Shown: positions 30,879-40,310 of the stretch, piece after piece
How positions within the stretch are numbered: position 1 is the stretch's first letter
Layout: each line of letters begins with the position of its first letter
Assembly: GCA_963697895.1 (NCBI GenBank)
Contig: OY969100.1
Coordinates: forward strand, 352,001 to 416,000
Direction of reading: 5' to 3'
DNA: 64,000 nt
Origin: an uncultured Methanomicrobiales archaeon
Lineage (GTDB): Archaea; Halobacteriota; Methanomicrobia; Methanomicrobiales; Methanospirillaceae
Translations under genes and position numbers: made by a program
Notes under the pieces: model-generated
The model's input: the letters and a program-made list of their open reading frames with translations, nothing else
What the model was told of the DNA's origin: nothing
Database searches by the model: none

Positions 30879-32267
30879 TCATATTGCTGTGCCTCCTGCG
30901 TGGCGAAGGGTGAAGCAGATGATGAGCCCGGAAACTGATATGGCCGTAAAGAACAGCATAGTGGTCCGGTTCGCGGATAGGAATGCCGATATATGGGCGG
31001 GGACGATCGCAGCCCCTCCAAGGACGAGTGAGAATATGACAGTCGTAATTGCGAGGCTCAGGGTGATTCCCACGAGACGCATGGATTCAGCCATCGATCC
31101 CGCGAGGCCGTAATTATCCTGTCCGACCGCATTGATCACCATATGAGCCAGCGAGGGTTGAAAAAACGCGATCCCCAGTCCATATAGAAAATACGCTGCG
31201 ATTACGACAGAGATCGGAGTAATCCGGCTGAGAAAGACAAGGGGAATAAGCCCGGCAATGAGAACAATGAGTCCGCCCGATGCGACAAGACCCGGACTTA
31301 TCCGGTCTGAAAGTCTTCCGCCGTATGGGACGAAAACGATTGTTGCAATCACCTGGGAGAGCAGGATAAGTCCTGTAATACGGGAATCAAAACCCATCAC
31401 ATCCTGGAGATACAGGCTCCCGAGAACGGAGACGGCAAAGGACCCGGCCCAGGCCATTAGCACGACCACGTTCGCCCGCAAAAACACCATATTCCGGGAG
31501 AAGAGATGTAGATCGAGGAGCGGACTATTGCAGTTCCGTTCCCACCGGATAAACAGGGTTATGAACACCACCCCCAAAAAAATAGCAACAATACCAGGGA
31601 CACGGGGGAGTAACGTACATCCGATAATAAAGAAAAAGATCATGATCCCGAACAGGATACTCCCTCCCCGGTCTGGTTTTCTGGCCCGGGCCAGAGCACA
31701 CTCTCCGGGAATTCTGAACCGGATGAGGGCTGTTACGATGAGAGTTACCGGGATAACGAAAAGGAATATTGCCCTCCAGCCGATATAGAAGATAAGAAAT
31801 CCGCCAGCGAGAAACCCGAGAAGGAACCCCAGTGTCATCGCCATGACATTAAAACCAATCGCCTTTCCACGCTCCTCCGGGGGGAAAACGAGACTTAAAA
31901 GGGCGATGGAGGTGCCGAATATCATCGCAGCCCCGATGCCGGTCAGGAAGCGTGCTGCGATCAGAAACATGGCAGAAGGTGATAGTAAACAGAGCAATGC
32001 AGAAACTCCATATATAGCAATACCCATGGAGAAGACCCGTTTTACCCCGTGGATATCCGCGAGACCTCCTATGGGGACAAGGAACACAGCCGCGCCGAGG
32101 AAGAATGCCGACGTTATCCAACCGAGAAGCACTGCATCTGTGGAAAATTCCTTCCCAATTGTTGGAAGGGCAACTATCAGCGCGGAGACCATGAACGGGG
32201 CGAGTGAAGAGCCAAGGGCAGAGGTCAGCAGAACACTCCGTTTCGTCTTTTCCGAATGACCTGCCAT
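30879..32267 (-). CDS. MFS transporter (DHA2-like), paralog of 17145-18584
   Basis: GGLADIHGVKRVF, RFLTGIGAAMIFGT, GRLSDRI; about 14 TM. Confidence 0.9.
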   Translation of the reverse strand: MAGHSEKTKRSVLLTSALGSSLAPFMVSALIVALPTIGKEFSTDAVLLGWITSAFFLGAAVFLVPIGGLADIHGVKRVFSMGIAIYGVSALLCLLSPSAMFLIAARFLTGIGAAMIFGTSIALLSLVFPPEERGKAIGFNVMAMTLGFLLGFLAGGFLIFYIGWRAIFLFVIPVTLIVTALIRFRIPGECALARARKPDRGGSILFGIMIFFFIIGCTLLPRVPGIVAIFLGVVFITLFIRWERNCNSPLLDLHLFSRNMVFLRANVVVLMAWAGSFAVSVLGSLYLQDVMGFDSRITGLILLSQVIATIVFVPYGGRLSDRISPGLVASGGLIVLIAGLIPLVFLSRITPISVVIAAYFLYGLGIAFFQPSLAHMVINAVGQDNYGLAGSMAESMRLVGITLSLAITTVIFSLVLGGAAIVPAHISAFLSANRTTMLFFTAISVSGLIICFTLRHAGGTAI

Positions 32268-32537
32268 GATATGGGGAATTCTCTGATTAATGTATTAATG
32301 GTGTCGATTAAGCGGGTTGGATCTTTCTGCTGCATCATAAAAGAGGCCGGACTGGGAGCTGCTAGAAGAGGAGGTCCCAACCGGGAAAGGACTCCCGAAC
32401 GGGACTCCCGAATCATTTACTTCTTCCTTGCATTTGCTGTCAAATTCCACCAATAATGACCTCTTCAAAGCATTCATTACCCGGACAAACTTCCATCCAT
32501 CACAATAATTATCTCCATTGACTCCCATTCCCACAGC

Positions 32538-32768
32538 ATGGCTGAAGAATGTGAATGTGAAGTGCGTTGTGATACATGTGGTTCATGGTTTCCCTACCCG
32601 AAGGCACCGATCCATTTCGCGAGCTGGGAGGAATATTACGAATCGGACAAACGGAAGGTTGCTGTACGATGTCCAAAATGCGGCGCCGAAACTGAGCTTA
32701 AAAAGGAGAATACCCGTTTCCCGGGGAAAAAAACGGGAAAGGATTCGGCAAGGGGGGGGGGTAAATAG
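32538..32768 (+). CDS. Small zinc-ribbon protein
   Basis: RCDTCG...RCPKCG double CxxC with a basic C-terminal tail. Confidence 0.65.
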   Translation: MAEECECEVRCDTCGSWFPYPKAPIHFASWEEYYESDKRKVAVRCPKCGAETELKKENTRFPGKKTGKDSARGGGK

Positions 32769-33149
32769 GCACATGCAGTAAACGGGCTGCCCCCTACATC
32801 AGTATTTTTATTCAGTCAACGACAAGCGCAACAAAAGTGAAAACCGTTTTTAGTTCAGAGTTTTTGTAAATAATACTCCATTTCCTGAGTCTGCCAATTC
32901 AATATGCGCAGGGTTTAGTGTGTTATGACAATCCGTCTCTCTCCCGGCTGATACCGTATTTTACGAACCATCAACCAGAAAAGTCCTTCCCGGGGACTTT
33001 TCACCATAACGCCGCAAAAACCGTACGGAAAAAGGAGATGAGATCGGTTGAGATCCCGGTGTAAGATGAAAACATTCTCATGTACATAGGATTACCTCTA
33101 TGTACCATCTTCAGAACGGCAGGTTGCCGGTTAAGATCGGGGAAAGAGC

Positions 33150-34361
33150 ATGTTCCTGAACTCGTGTAAAAAACACTATATACTCGATACCCAGCGCACG
33201 GTACCACCGGAAGAGACCCTGGCCCGTATAGAGAAAAAGATCGCAACCGCAGGGATTACCCGTGTTGCCGATATCACCGATCTCGACCGGATCGGCATCC
33301 CTGTTTTCTCAAGTATCCGCCCAACGGCCGAAATGGGGTCCGTATCGGTATACAATGGGAAGGGGGCGACTCCTACCGAAGCAAAGGTTTCTGCAATGAT
33401 GGAGGGGATCGAACGGTACTCCGCGGAATCGTCCGGGAGGAACATGATAATGGCATCATATGATGAGCTTCCCCCGGATCGGGATGCGGTAAAACCTTCC
33501 GACCTCATTCTGCCCCGTGAGGCGGATGGCGAAGCTCCTCTTCCCTGGGTCGTAGGCTGTGATATTATCAAAGGTGAGGAGCTGTTTGTCCCTGCTCATG
33601 CCGTATTCCATCCGCTCCCGAGATTGTATCCTCCTCTCTTCCGGACAAATACGAACGGTCTCGCATCCGGGAATACCCGGGAGGAGGCGGTCTTTCATGC
33701 CCTGATGGAAGTGATCGAACGGGATGCCTGGTCACTTGCAGAGGCAACCCGGAATACCGGTCCACGGATCTGCAATATCGGGGATGGGATCGCCGCGGGT
33801 CTCCTCAAAAGGTTTGCCGACGCGAATGTGGAAGTGCATTTGAGAAACATAACCAGCGATGTTGGTATTCCTACATTTGCAGCCGTTTCTGACGATACCC
33901 AACTGAAAGATCCTGCGTTGCTTACCATCGGTATGGGAACGCACACCAGTGCCCGGATTACACTACTCCGGGCGATCACGGAAGTTGCGCAAAGCCGCCT
34001 GACCCAGATCCATGGCGCAAGGGAAGATACAACGGTGGCGGATTTTCGTCGGACAGCCGGATATGAACGTGCCCGCCGAATGAACAGATACTGGTTTGAT
34101 GGATCCGAAGAGGTTGACTTTTCTTCGATACCTTCGTTTGACAGCGATGACTTTCTCACAGATATCCGGTATGTCTGTTCCGCGCTCGAAAAAGTGGCGG
34201 TGAACCGGGTTGTTGTGGTGGACCTGACGCGACCTGAGATAGGAGTTCCGGTGGTTCGGGTGATCGTACCGGGACTCGAGATGTATGCAATGGACCAGGA
34301 TCGGATGGGAGAACGCTGCCGGCATGCCAGAAATCGTCGTATTCCTCGGCCCCAGTCTTGA
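33150..34361 (+). CDS. ycaO: YcaO-family McrA glycine thioamidation protein (methanogenesis marker 1)
   Basis: GITRVADITDLDRIGIPV, YNGKG, MEGIERYS, NTNGLASGN, EVIERD, EVAQSR..HGARED, PVVRVIVPGLE. Confidence 0.96.
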   Translation: MFLNSCKKHYILDTQRTVPPEETLARIEKKIATAGITRVADITDLDRIGIPVFSSIRPTAEMGSVSVYNGKGATPTEAKVSAMMEGIERYSAESSGRNMIMASYDELPPDRDAVKPSDLILPREADGEAPLPWVVGCDIIKGEELFVPAHAVFHPLPRLYPPLFRTNTNGLASGNTREEAVFHALMEVIERDAWSLAEATRNTGPRICNIGDGIAAGLLKRFADANVEVHLRNITSDVGIPTFAAVSDDTQLKDPALLTIGMGTHTSARITLLRAITEVAQSRLTQIHGAREDTTVADFRRTAGYERARRMNRYWFDGSEEVDFSSIPSFDSDDFLTDIRYVCSALEKVAVNRVVVVDLTRPEIGVPVVRVIVPGLEMYAMDQDRMGERCRHARNRRIPRPQS

Positions 34362-34980
34362 TCGCGAGACCGCCCGGAAACTCCTCGATGCAGAGTACCG
34401 ACCTCCGGCTGCGCGTGGCGACATACTCCGTGCAGCGGCGGATGGTGCGCGGATAATCGGTCTTATAGACGGAGTTTTTTTCCAGGAATCCGCCGTGGCG
34501 CATCGTGAGATACTGGAGGCGCTGAATAAAGGGCTAAAGGTAATCGGAGCGTCGAGCATGGGTGCGCTCCGTGCCGCAGAGCTTGATACACTGGGGATGG
34601 AGGGCGTAGGAGAAGTATACCGCCTTTTTAAAGAAGGTATTTTGAATTCGGATGATGAGGTAGCGCTCATATTCGATCCTGTTTATTTCATTGCGGTTTC
34701 AGAACCGCTGGTCAATATCCGGTGCACAATCGGCAGGGCAGTGGGTGCAGGTATTATCAGTAATGCCGCCGGAGAAAAGATCATCTTTCATGCTAAATCA
34801 CTTTATTTCCCGGAAAGGACATATGAGACGGTTATTGGTGCAGCGCGGGCGTCAGTTGCTGCCCAAGAGCTTTCACAGTTTAGTGATTATGTGGAAAGAT
34901 CCGGGTGCGATCTTAAGCGGGAGGATGCGATTCGGGCATTAGAACGAATACAAGTGGTATGGAATACAAGCAAGGCCTAA
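34324..34980 (+). CDS. tfuA: TfuA, partner of YcaO in thioamidation
   Basis: VFLGPSL, PPAARGD, IDGVF..HREI, GASSMGALRAAEL, DDEVA, SEPLVNIR, DLKREDA. Overlaps the ycaO 3' end. Confidence 0.96.
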   Translation: MPEIVVFLGPSLDRETARKLLDAEYRPPAARGDILRAAADGARIIGLIDGVFFQESAVAHREILEALNKGLKVIGASSMGALRAAELDTLGMEGVGEVYRLFKEGILNSDDEVALIFDPVYFIAVSEPLVNIRCTIGRAVGAGIISNAAGEKIIFHAKSLYFPERTYETVIGAARASVAAQELSQFSDYVERSGCDLKREDAIRALERIQVVWNTSKA

Positions 34981-35171
34981 AATGAAAGATACCTCGGATC
35001 CCGTTTGTTTTGGAAATTTTCTCCGGACAACTGTTTTTCATGTCTGCATATGCGGTACCCTATGGAATAAGGGGCAATTTTGTTCAGAAAACAGGAAATG
35101 GATGAAGAAGACTTTCAGAACCGGGACCTGTGTATTCAATAATCGGTTCCTATTGATCGTAGGGAGATATT

Positions 35172-35917
35172 ATGCTGAATGCCAGAGAACGTGAACGATA
35201 TGCCCGCCAGATGACGCTGCTCGGGGTGAACGGTCAGGAGCTTCTGAAGAACTCCCATGTCTTCATTGCAGGGGTCGGAGGGCTGGGGTCGCCTGTTGCG
35301 CTGTATCTCGCCGCGGCAGGAATCGGGACGATAACCCTGGCCGATTATGACAGCGTCGAACGCTCAAATCTGAATCGTCAAATTCTCCACTGGGAAGGAG
35401 ATATTGGCCGTCTGAAAGTCGAATCAGCACAAGAAAAGCTAAAAAGCTTAATCCGGATATTGAAATACGCACTCTGGATACCAGAATTGACGAGACCAAT
35501 GCGTATATGGTCATAGGTGATGCGGATATCCTCGTTGATGCCATGGATAATTATCTGATTCGGTACAGCCTCAATCATATCGCGGCTATAAAACAGATCC
35601 CTCTCGTACACGGGGCGGTCAAAGGCTTTTCCGGACAGGTGGCGACACTTCTTCCGGGAAAGACCGCATGTCTGCGATGTATCTTTCCCTATCCGCCACC
35701 GGAGGAACCTGTACCCATCATCGGAGTGACCGCCGGTATCATCGGATTAATCGAGGCAAACGAGGTGATCAGGTATCTTACGGGGGCCGGCCCTGAGCGG
35801 GAAACCCGGTTACTTCTCTGGGACGGAACCAGCTCTGAACTTGAGACAATTTATGTAGAACGGGATCCTGCATGTAGTGAGTGTGGAACCGGAATGAATG
35901 ATCCGGAGAAGCGTTGA
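35172..35917 (+). CDS. ThiF/MoeB/UbaA E1-like ubiquitin-like-protein activating enzyme (apparent frameshift at A5 run 35441-35445)
   Basis: [20 protein letters not shown] in frame 1; DAMDN, CLRC, CSEC in frame 2. Adding one A restores [11 protein letters not shown]. Confidence 0.9.
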
Positions 35918-35918
35918 A

Positions 35919-36197
35919 ATGAAAGTAAGGGTGCGGGCATTTGCCCAGTTCCGGGAATTGATCGGGAGTGAGCGTATCGTAGACCTCCCCGAGGAGGCCG
36001 ATGTGTATCTCCTCCTCATGCTCCTGTCTGATAATAATGTTGAACTAAAGGAAGCACTATTCGACGCGGAAGGAAAGGTAAAAAAATATGTGATTATCAT
36101 GATGAACCGAAGACGGGTCGGCCAGGACCAAGTAAAGGGACTGAAAATGGCAGAGAATGACGAGATTGCCATATTTCCGCCGGTTGCAGGGGGGTAA
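35919..36197 (+). CDS. MoaD/ThiS/SAMP ubiquitin-like sulfur carrier
   Basis: MKVRVRAFAQFRE...DEIAIFPPVAGG, ending in a C-terminal di-glycine. Confidence 0.93.
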   Translation: MKVRVRAFAQFRELIGSERIVDLPEEADVYLLLMLLSDNNVELKEALFDAEGKVKKYVIIMMNRRRVGQDQVKGLKMAENDEIAIFPPVAGG

Positions 36198-36610
36198 TGC
36201 CATTGTCCGTTATCATTACGAGGGATGATTTTGAACCCGGAATCCTTATCGAGGGTGCTAAACGACGCAAGACGGGTGCTGTGGTCATATTTCTCGGCAT
36301 TGTACGGGATGACGGGATCGAAGAGATCGAGCTGGAAGCATATGAAGAGGCAGCGATGCAGGAACTCCAGTCCATTCAAGACGAGGCGATGCAAAAATTT
36401 TCCCTCCTTTCTGCGGAGATCATACACCGAATCGGGGTCCTCCGGGTCGGTGACCACATACTCCTGATCGTTGTCGGGGCCGCACACCGTCAGGAAGCAT
36501 TTTTAGGATGTGAGTACATCCTTGAACAGATCAAGATGACCGTCCCGATCTGGAAGAAAGAAGTCACGCTCTCTGGTACCCGATGGGTGAAAGGGGACTA
36601 TTGGCCTTGA
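36197..36610 (+). CDS. moaE: Molybdopterin synthase catalytic subunit
   Basis: GAVVIFLGIVR, LEAY, HRIG.L.VG, AHRQEAF, PIWKKE. 1-nt overlap with the Ubl stop. Confidence 0.94.
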   Translation: MPLSVIITRDDFEPGILIEGAKRRKTGAVVIFLGIVRDDGIEEIELEAYEEAAMQELQSIQDEAMQKFSLLSAEIIHRIGVLRVGDHILLIVVGAAHRQEAFLGCEYILEQIKMTVPIWKKEVTLSGTRWVKGDYWP

Positions 36611-36740
36611 TCCTGTAACTCGAATGGCCATGTACGATTCAGATAAATATCAGGCATTCACGGATATTGTTTTTTTTATGTTTTGGAACCGGGGGACATG
36701 GGATACCGGAAAAAGGAAAGGATATAATCGGTTACCATGT

Positions 36741-37403
36741 TCATTCGTCATCATCGAAGGTCATGCTCTTGGACAGTTGGAAGAGTCCTCTGACTGTTGT
36801 TACATCCTCGGACTGGGTATCGGAACTCTGGGCATCCCCACGGCCGCCCATTTCATGGACCCTGATATACGCGGACGCACTCCCTTCGGCCTCCGAATCG
36901 GTGCCGTTCAGTCCATGGGCATCGATATCATAATGAATTGACGAGCCGTCCTTCGTACTCGCATGGGAGACCGCCGAGACTTCCGTCACATCAAGGTCAC
37001 TTCCTGCCTGAGCCATGGTGAATTTCGCATCGGAGGAACCGTCGGAAGCGGCTGCCCCGGCTGTTGTCACCTCCTCACGCGAGGTCATCCTGCCGTTCGG
37101 ATCCGCATCAAAAGTTATCAACCGGGTCGATTCCAGGTTATTGCTCCCTGCTGGCTGACTGCCTGTATTATATGTGAAATATTTGTAATACGTGATGTTC
37201 CCCTTTATTGCATGGGTGTTTTCAGAATATGCGGATAACCCGTATGCCCCGCCCTGATTCTCGGCTGCCAGTGATGAAGTGGCGTCAAAGCTGCCTCTGA
37301 CTGAGGCACCGGTCTCCACCGTCATTCCTGCAGCCATGACGCTCACACACAAAAAACTGCAGAGTATCAGAAAGATCATACCCCCTCGTATGCGTATTCT
37401 CAT
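36741..37403 (-). CDS. Secreted Ser/Thr/Gly-rich hypothetical protein
   Basis: Signal peptide ending VMA-A; ITFDA...GRMTSREE, AGSDLD, HYDI, GSASAY pattern, as I recall from Methanomicrobiales surface-protein families. Confidence 0.7.
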   Translation of the reverse strand: MRIRIRGGMIFLILCSFLCVSVMAAGMTVETGASVRGSFDATSSLAAENQGGAYGLSAYSENTHAIKGNITYYKYFTYNTGSQPAGSNNLESTRLITFDADPNGRMTSREEVTTAGAAASDGSSDAKFTMAQAGSDLDVTEVSAVSHASTKDGSSIHYDIDAHGLNGTDSEAEGSASAYIRVHEMGGRGDAQSSDTQSEDVTTVRGLFQLSKSMTFDDDE

Positions 37404-37586
37404 ATAGTTGCCACCGTTTGGAATGTATTCCTCACTCGACTTTCGTTTGAGTCTATAAAAGGTTTATTGTAAAATAAGTGATGGCTTCGTATAGTGAGAA
37501 TACATCGAATAACCTGGCGGTTCGATGAAGGGTTTCAAAATAATGTTCTGCCCCTCTAAAGAAGATGATTCATAGAAGGAGGTTAA

Positions 37587-38141
37587 TCACATTATACTTT
37601 CGAGTTTTTGCTCGAGAAAGTCCAGACCACGTTTGACATCCTCTAGATTTTTTCCCCCGGTCAGGATGATCTTTCCTGAAGAGAAAAGAAGAGCAACAAT
37701 TTTTGGTTCTTTGATGCGATAGACCAGCCCCGGAAATTGCTCAGGTTCATATTCGATATTTTCAAGATTGAATGTCATTACCACTTTGTTCAGGTTGATG
37801 TATTTTCCGATATCATAAGAACAGACGATATTTGTAATCGCGACGCGAGGTTTGTCGTACGTCTGAACTCCCGCTTTTTTCATGGAACGGATGATAAGAT
37901 CGAGACCGGCATCAAGTGATTCTTTATCTCGTATTCCGGTAAGGACGACTTTTCCGGATGAGAAGATGAGAGACGCAATCTTCGGCTCTTCGATCCGGTA
38001 TACAGCGCCAGGAAATCGCTTCGTATTCAGCTCGCAATGCTCGATCTTCTTTGAGATCATTGCGAGATCTATGGAATCAGCAATTGCCCCTGATGCGACG
38101 ATATTCTCAATTTTTAAAGAATCATATTTTTTATCATCCAT
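37587..38141 (-). CDS. tbp: TATA-box-binding protein
   Basis: Two repeats: IENIVAS..FPGAVYR..LIFSSGKVVLTG and ITNIVCS..YEPEQFPGLVYR..LLFSSGKIILTG. Confidence 0.98.
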   Translation of the reverse strand: MDDKKYDSLKIENIVASGAIADSIDLAMISKKIEHCELNTKRFPGAVYRIEEPKIASLIFSSGKVVLTGIRDKESLDAGLDLIIRSMKKAGVQTYDKPRVAITNIVCSYDIGKYINLNKVVMTFNLENIEYEPEQFPGLVYRIKEPKIVALLFSSGKIILTGGKNLEDVKRGLDFLEQKLESIM

Positions 38142-38399
38142 TTAGTAGTACATGCTTTTTTTCAGGCATAATACTAATGGACAATCTTTATGTTGTCCTG
38201 ATTTGCGCGTATTCGCTGAAAATTTGTCACAATATCGGAGAAATCATGCTTGGACTGCTGGTAGTTCTGAAGCGGTTCCGGATCGACCATCTCCAGAAAA
38301 GGGTGTGATCTCATCCGGTGCGTATCCTATATTTATTTTTTGATATCTGGTGCAGTAAATGCGACAGAATAATATGATGCACCAATAAACGGTGTATGT

Positions 38400-40268
38400 A
38401 TGGTGCGATATTCTGTTACAATGGACGAGGAGTTGACTGAAAATATCGATAAAATTCGGGAAATACGGGGGATGTCCCGTTCAGACTGGATCAATGAAGC
38501 CTGCACCGTCCATCTGCGGGAACCCGTGCATCTTGGTTCAGGAAGTGAGTTCCCAGTCGCAGGACCTGCAAATATATCGGGAGAAGAACGGCATCGGCAT
38601 AACATGGCGGATTACGACGAGACTCTTCGGTGTTTCCGGGTTAACATTCCCGAATATTTCAATTTTGGGTTCGATGTAGTTGATGCCTGGGCAAAGAAAG
38701 ACCGGAATAAGATCGGAATGATATGGGTGAACCAGAAGGGGGAAGAGAGAAAATTCACCTTCTATGACCTTTCCCGGCTCTCCAACCAGGTGGCGAACAT
38801 ACTTATCAAATATGGGATCGGAAAAGGAGACCGGGTGATGATCATGCTCCCGCGTATACCTGAGTGGTGGATCTTCACCATCGCACTGATCAAACGTGGT
38901 GCAGTATATTGTCCCTGTCCTACCATGCTCACTGTAAAGGACCTCAAATACCGGGTCCAGACTGCCGACATTAAACTGGTCATCACAGACCAGGAAAACG
39001 CTAAAAAGGTAGATGAGATCTTTGACGAATGCCCCTCACTTTGTGGTCGGATGTTGACGGATGGAGAACGGGAGAATTGGATAAGCTATCCGGTCGAATT
39101 GAGTTATCCCGCTCCAGTATCAACGCGTCTCATCAAGATACCCGGAATGAAAAAAACAAAATCAACCGACCCGCTGGTCATATTCTTCACCTCTGGCACC
39201 ACCGGACAGGCGAAGATGGTGGTGCATGATCATGGTTATCCTCTTGGACACATCGTCACCGCCCGATACTGGCAGGACGTAACGAGCACCGATCTCCATT
39301 TCACCCTGTCAGATACCGGATGGGCGAAAAGTGCTTGGGGAAAGATCTATGGCCAGTGGATCGAAGGAGCGGCCATATTTGTCTACGACATCAGGAGTAA
39401 ATTCAATGCTACGGAGATTCTTCCCCTCATCGAGAAATACGGGGTAACCACCTTCTGCTGCCCGCCAACCATCTATCGGATGCTTATCCTTGCCGATCTG
39501 GATAAGTTTGATTTTTCAGAGCTCCGTCATTGCACCAGTGCAGGGGAGCCGCTTAATCCTGAGGTAATCAAGGCGTGGCGGGACGCAACTGGCCTCATTA
39601 TTCACGAAGGATACGGGCAGACTGAGACGGTTCTCTGCATCGGGATATTTCCTTCGATGTCGCCGAAACTGGGGTCAATGGGCAAACCGGCTCCCGGATG
39701 GGTGATTGAGCTCCATGATGATAATGGAAACTCCGTTGGTATTCATGAGGAAGGAAAGATCGCGATAAAGCTGGATCCCCGACCGGTAGGTCTGTTCAAG
39801 GAATATTTGAATAACCCGGAGGAGAACGCAAAGTCGTTCGTGAACGGATGGTACTACACCGGTGACAAAGCATATCGGGACGAGGATGGATACTACTGGT
39901 TCATCGGCCGGGACGATGACGTGATCAAGGCGTCGGGGTACCGGATCGGTCCCTTTGAAGTTGAGAGTGCACTGATAGAGCATCCGGCAGTCCAGGAAGC
40001 AGCAGTCGTAGGTTCACCAGATGATATCCGAGGCCTTATTGTGAAGGCATTCGTGGTTCTTGCCCCGGGGTCCGAGCCTTCGGAAACCCTCGTAAAGGAG
40101 CTGCAGAACCATGTAAAGAAAGTGACTGCACCATACAAATACCCCCGGGCGATAGAATTTGTTAGCCAACTTCCGAAGACGATATCGGGGAAGATCAAAA
40201 GAAATGAGCTTCGGGACCGGGAGTTGAAACAGTCGCAGAATGCAGGAAACGTAAGGGCAAAGTCCTGA
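38400..40268 (+). CDS. Acyl-CoA synthetase (ACSM-like AMP-binding enzyme) with N-terminal ribbon-helix-helix domain
   Basis: Residues 1-40 RYSVTMDEEL..ID.......SRSDWINEA (CopG/NikR-like RHH). FTSGTTGQAK, GYGQTET, GRDDDVIK, PKTISGKI. Confidence 0.9.
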   Translation: MVRYSVTMDEELTENIDKIREIRGMSRSDWINEACTVHLREPVHLGSGSEFPVAGPANISGEERHRHNMADYDETLRCFRVNIPEYFNFGFDVVDAWAKKDRNKIGMIWVNQKGEERKFTFYDLSRLSNQVANILIKYGIGKGDRVMIMLPRIPEWWIFTIALIKRGAVYCPCPTMLTVKDLKYRVQTADIKLVITDQENAKKVDEIFDECPSLCGRMLTDGERENWISYPVELSYPAPVSTRLIKIPGMKKTKSTDPLVIFFTSGTTGQAKMVVHDHGYPLGHIVTARYWQDVTSTDLHFTLSDTGWAKSAWGKIYGQWIEGAAIFVYDIRSKFNATEILPLIEKYGVTTFCCPPTIYRMLILADLDKFDFSELRHCTSAGEPLNPEVIKAWRDATGLIIHEGYGQTETVLCIGIFPSMSPKLGSMGKPAPGWVIELHDDNGNSVGIHEEGKIAIKLDPRPVGLFKEYLNNPEENAKSFVNGWYYTGDKAYRDEDGYYWFIGRDDDVIKASGYRIGPFEVESALIEHPAVQEAAVVGSPDDIRGLIVKAFVVLAPGSEPSETLVKELQNHVKKVTAPYKYPRAIEFVSQLPKTISGKIKRNELRDRELKQSQNAGNVRAKS

Positions 40269-40310
40269 AACATCTACCTTTATTTGGTCTTAAAGTTACA
40301 TACTAAAGGC

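Noticed and set aside
32347-32412. Two possible hairpins and a tandem GGACTCCCGAA repeat (32389, 32402)
   Set aside because: Only two copies, not CRISPR-like, and no promoter or family signature to support an ncRNA.
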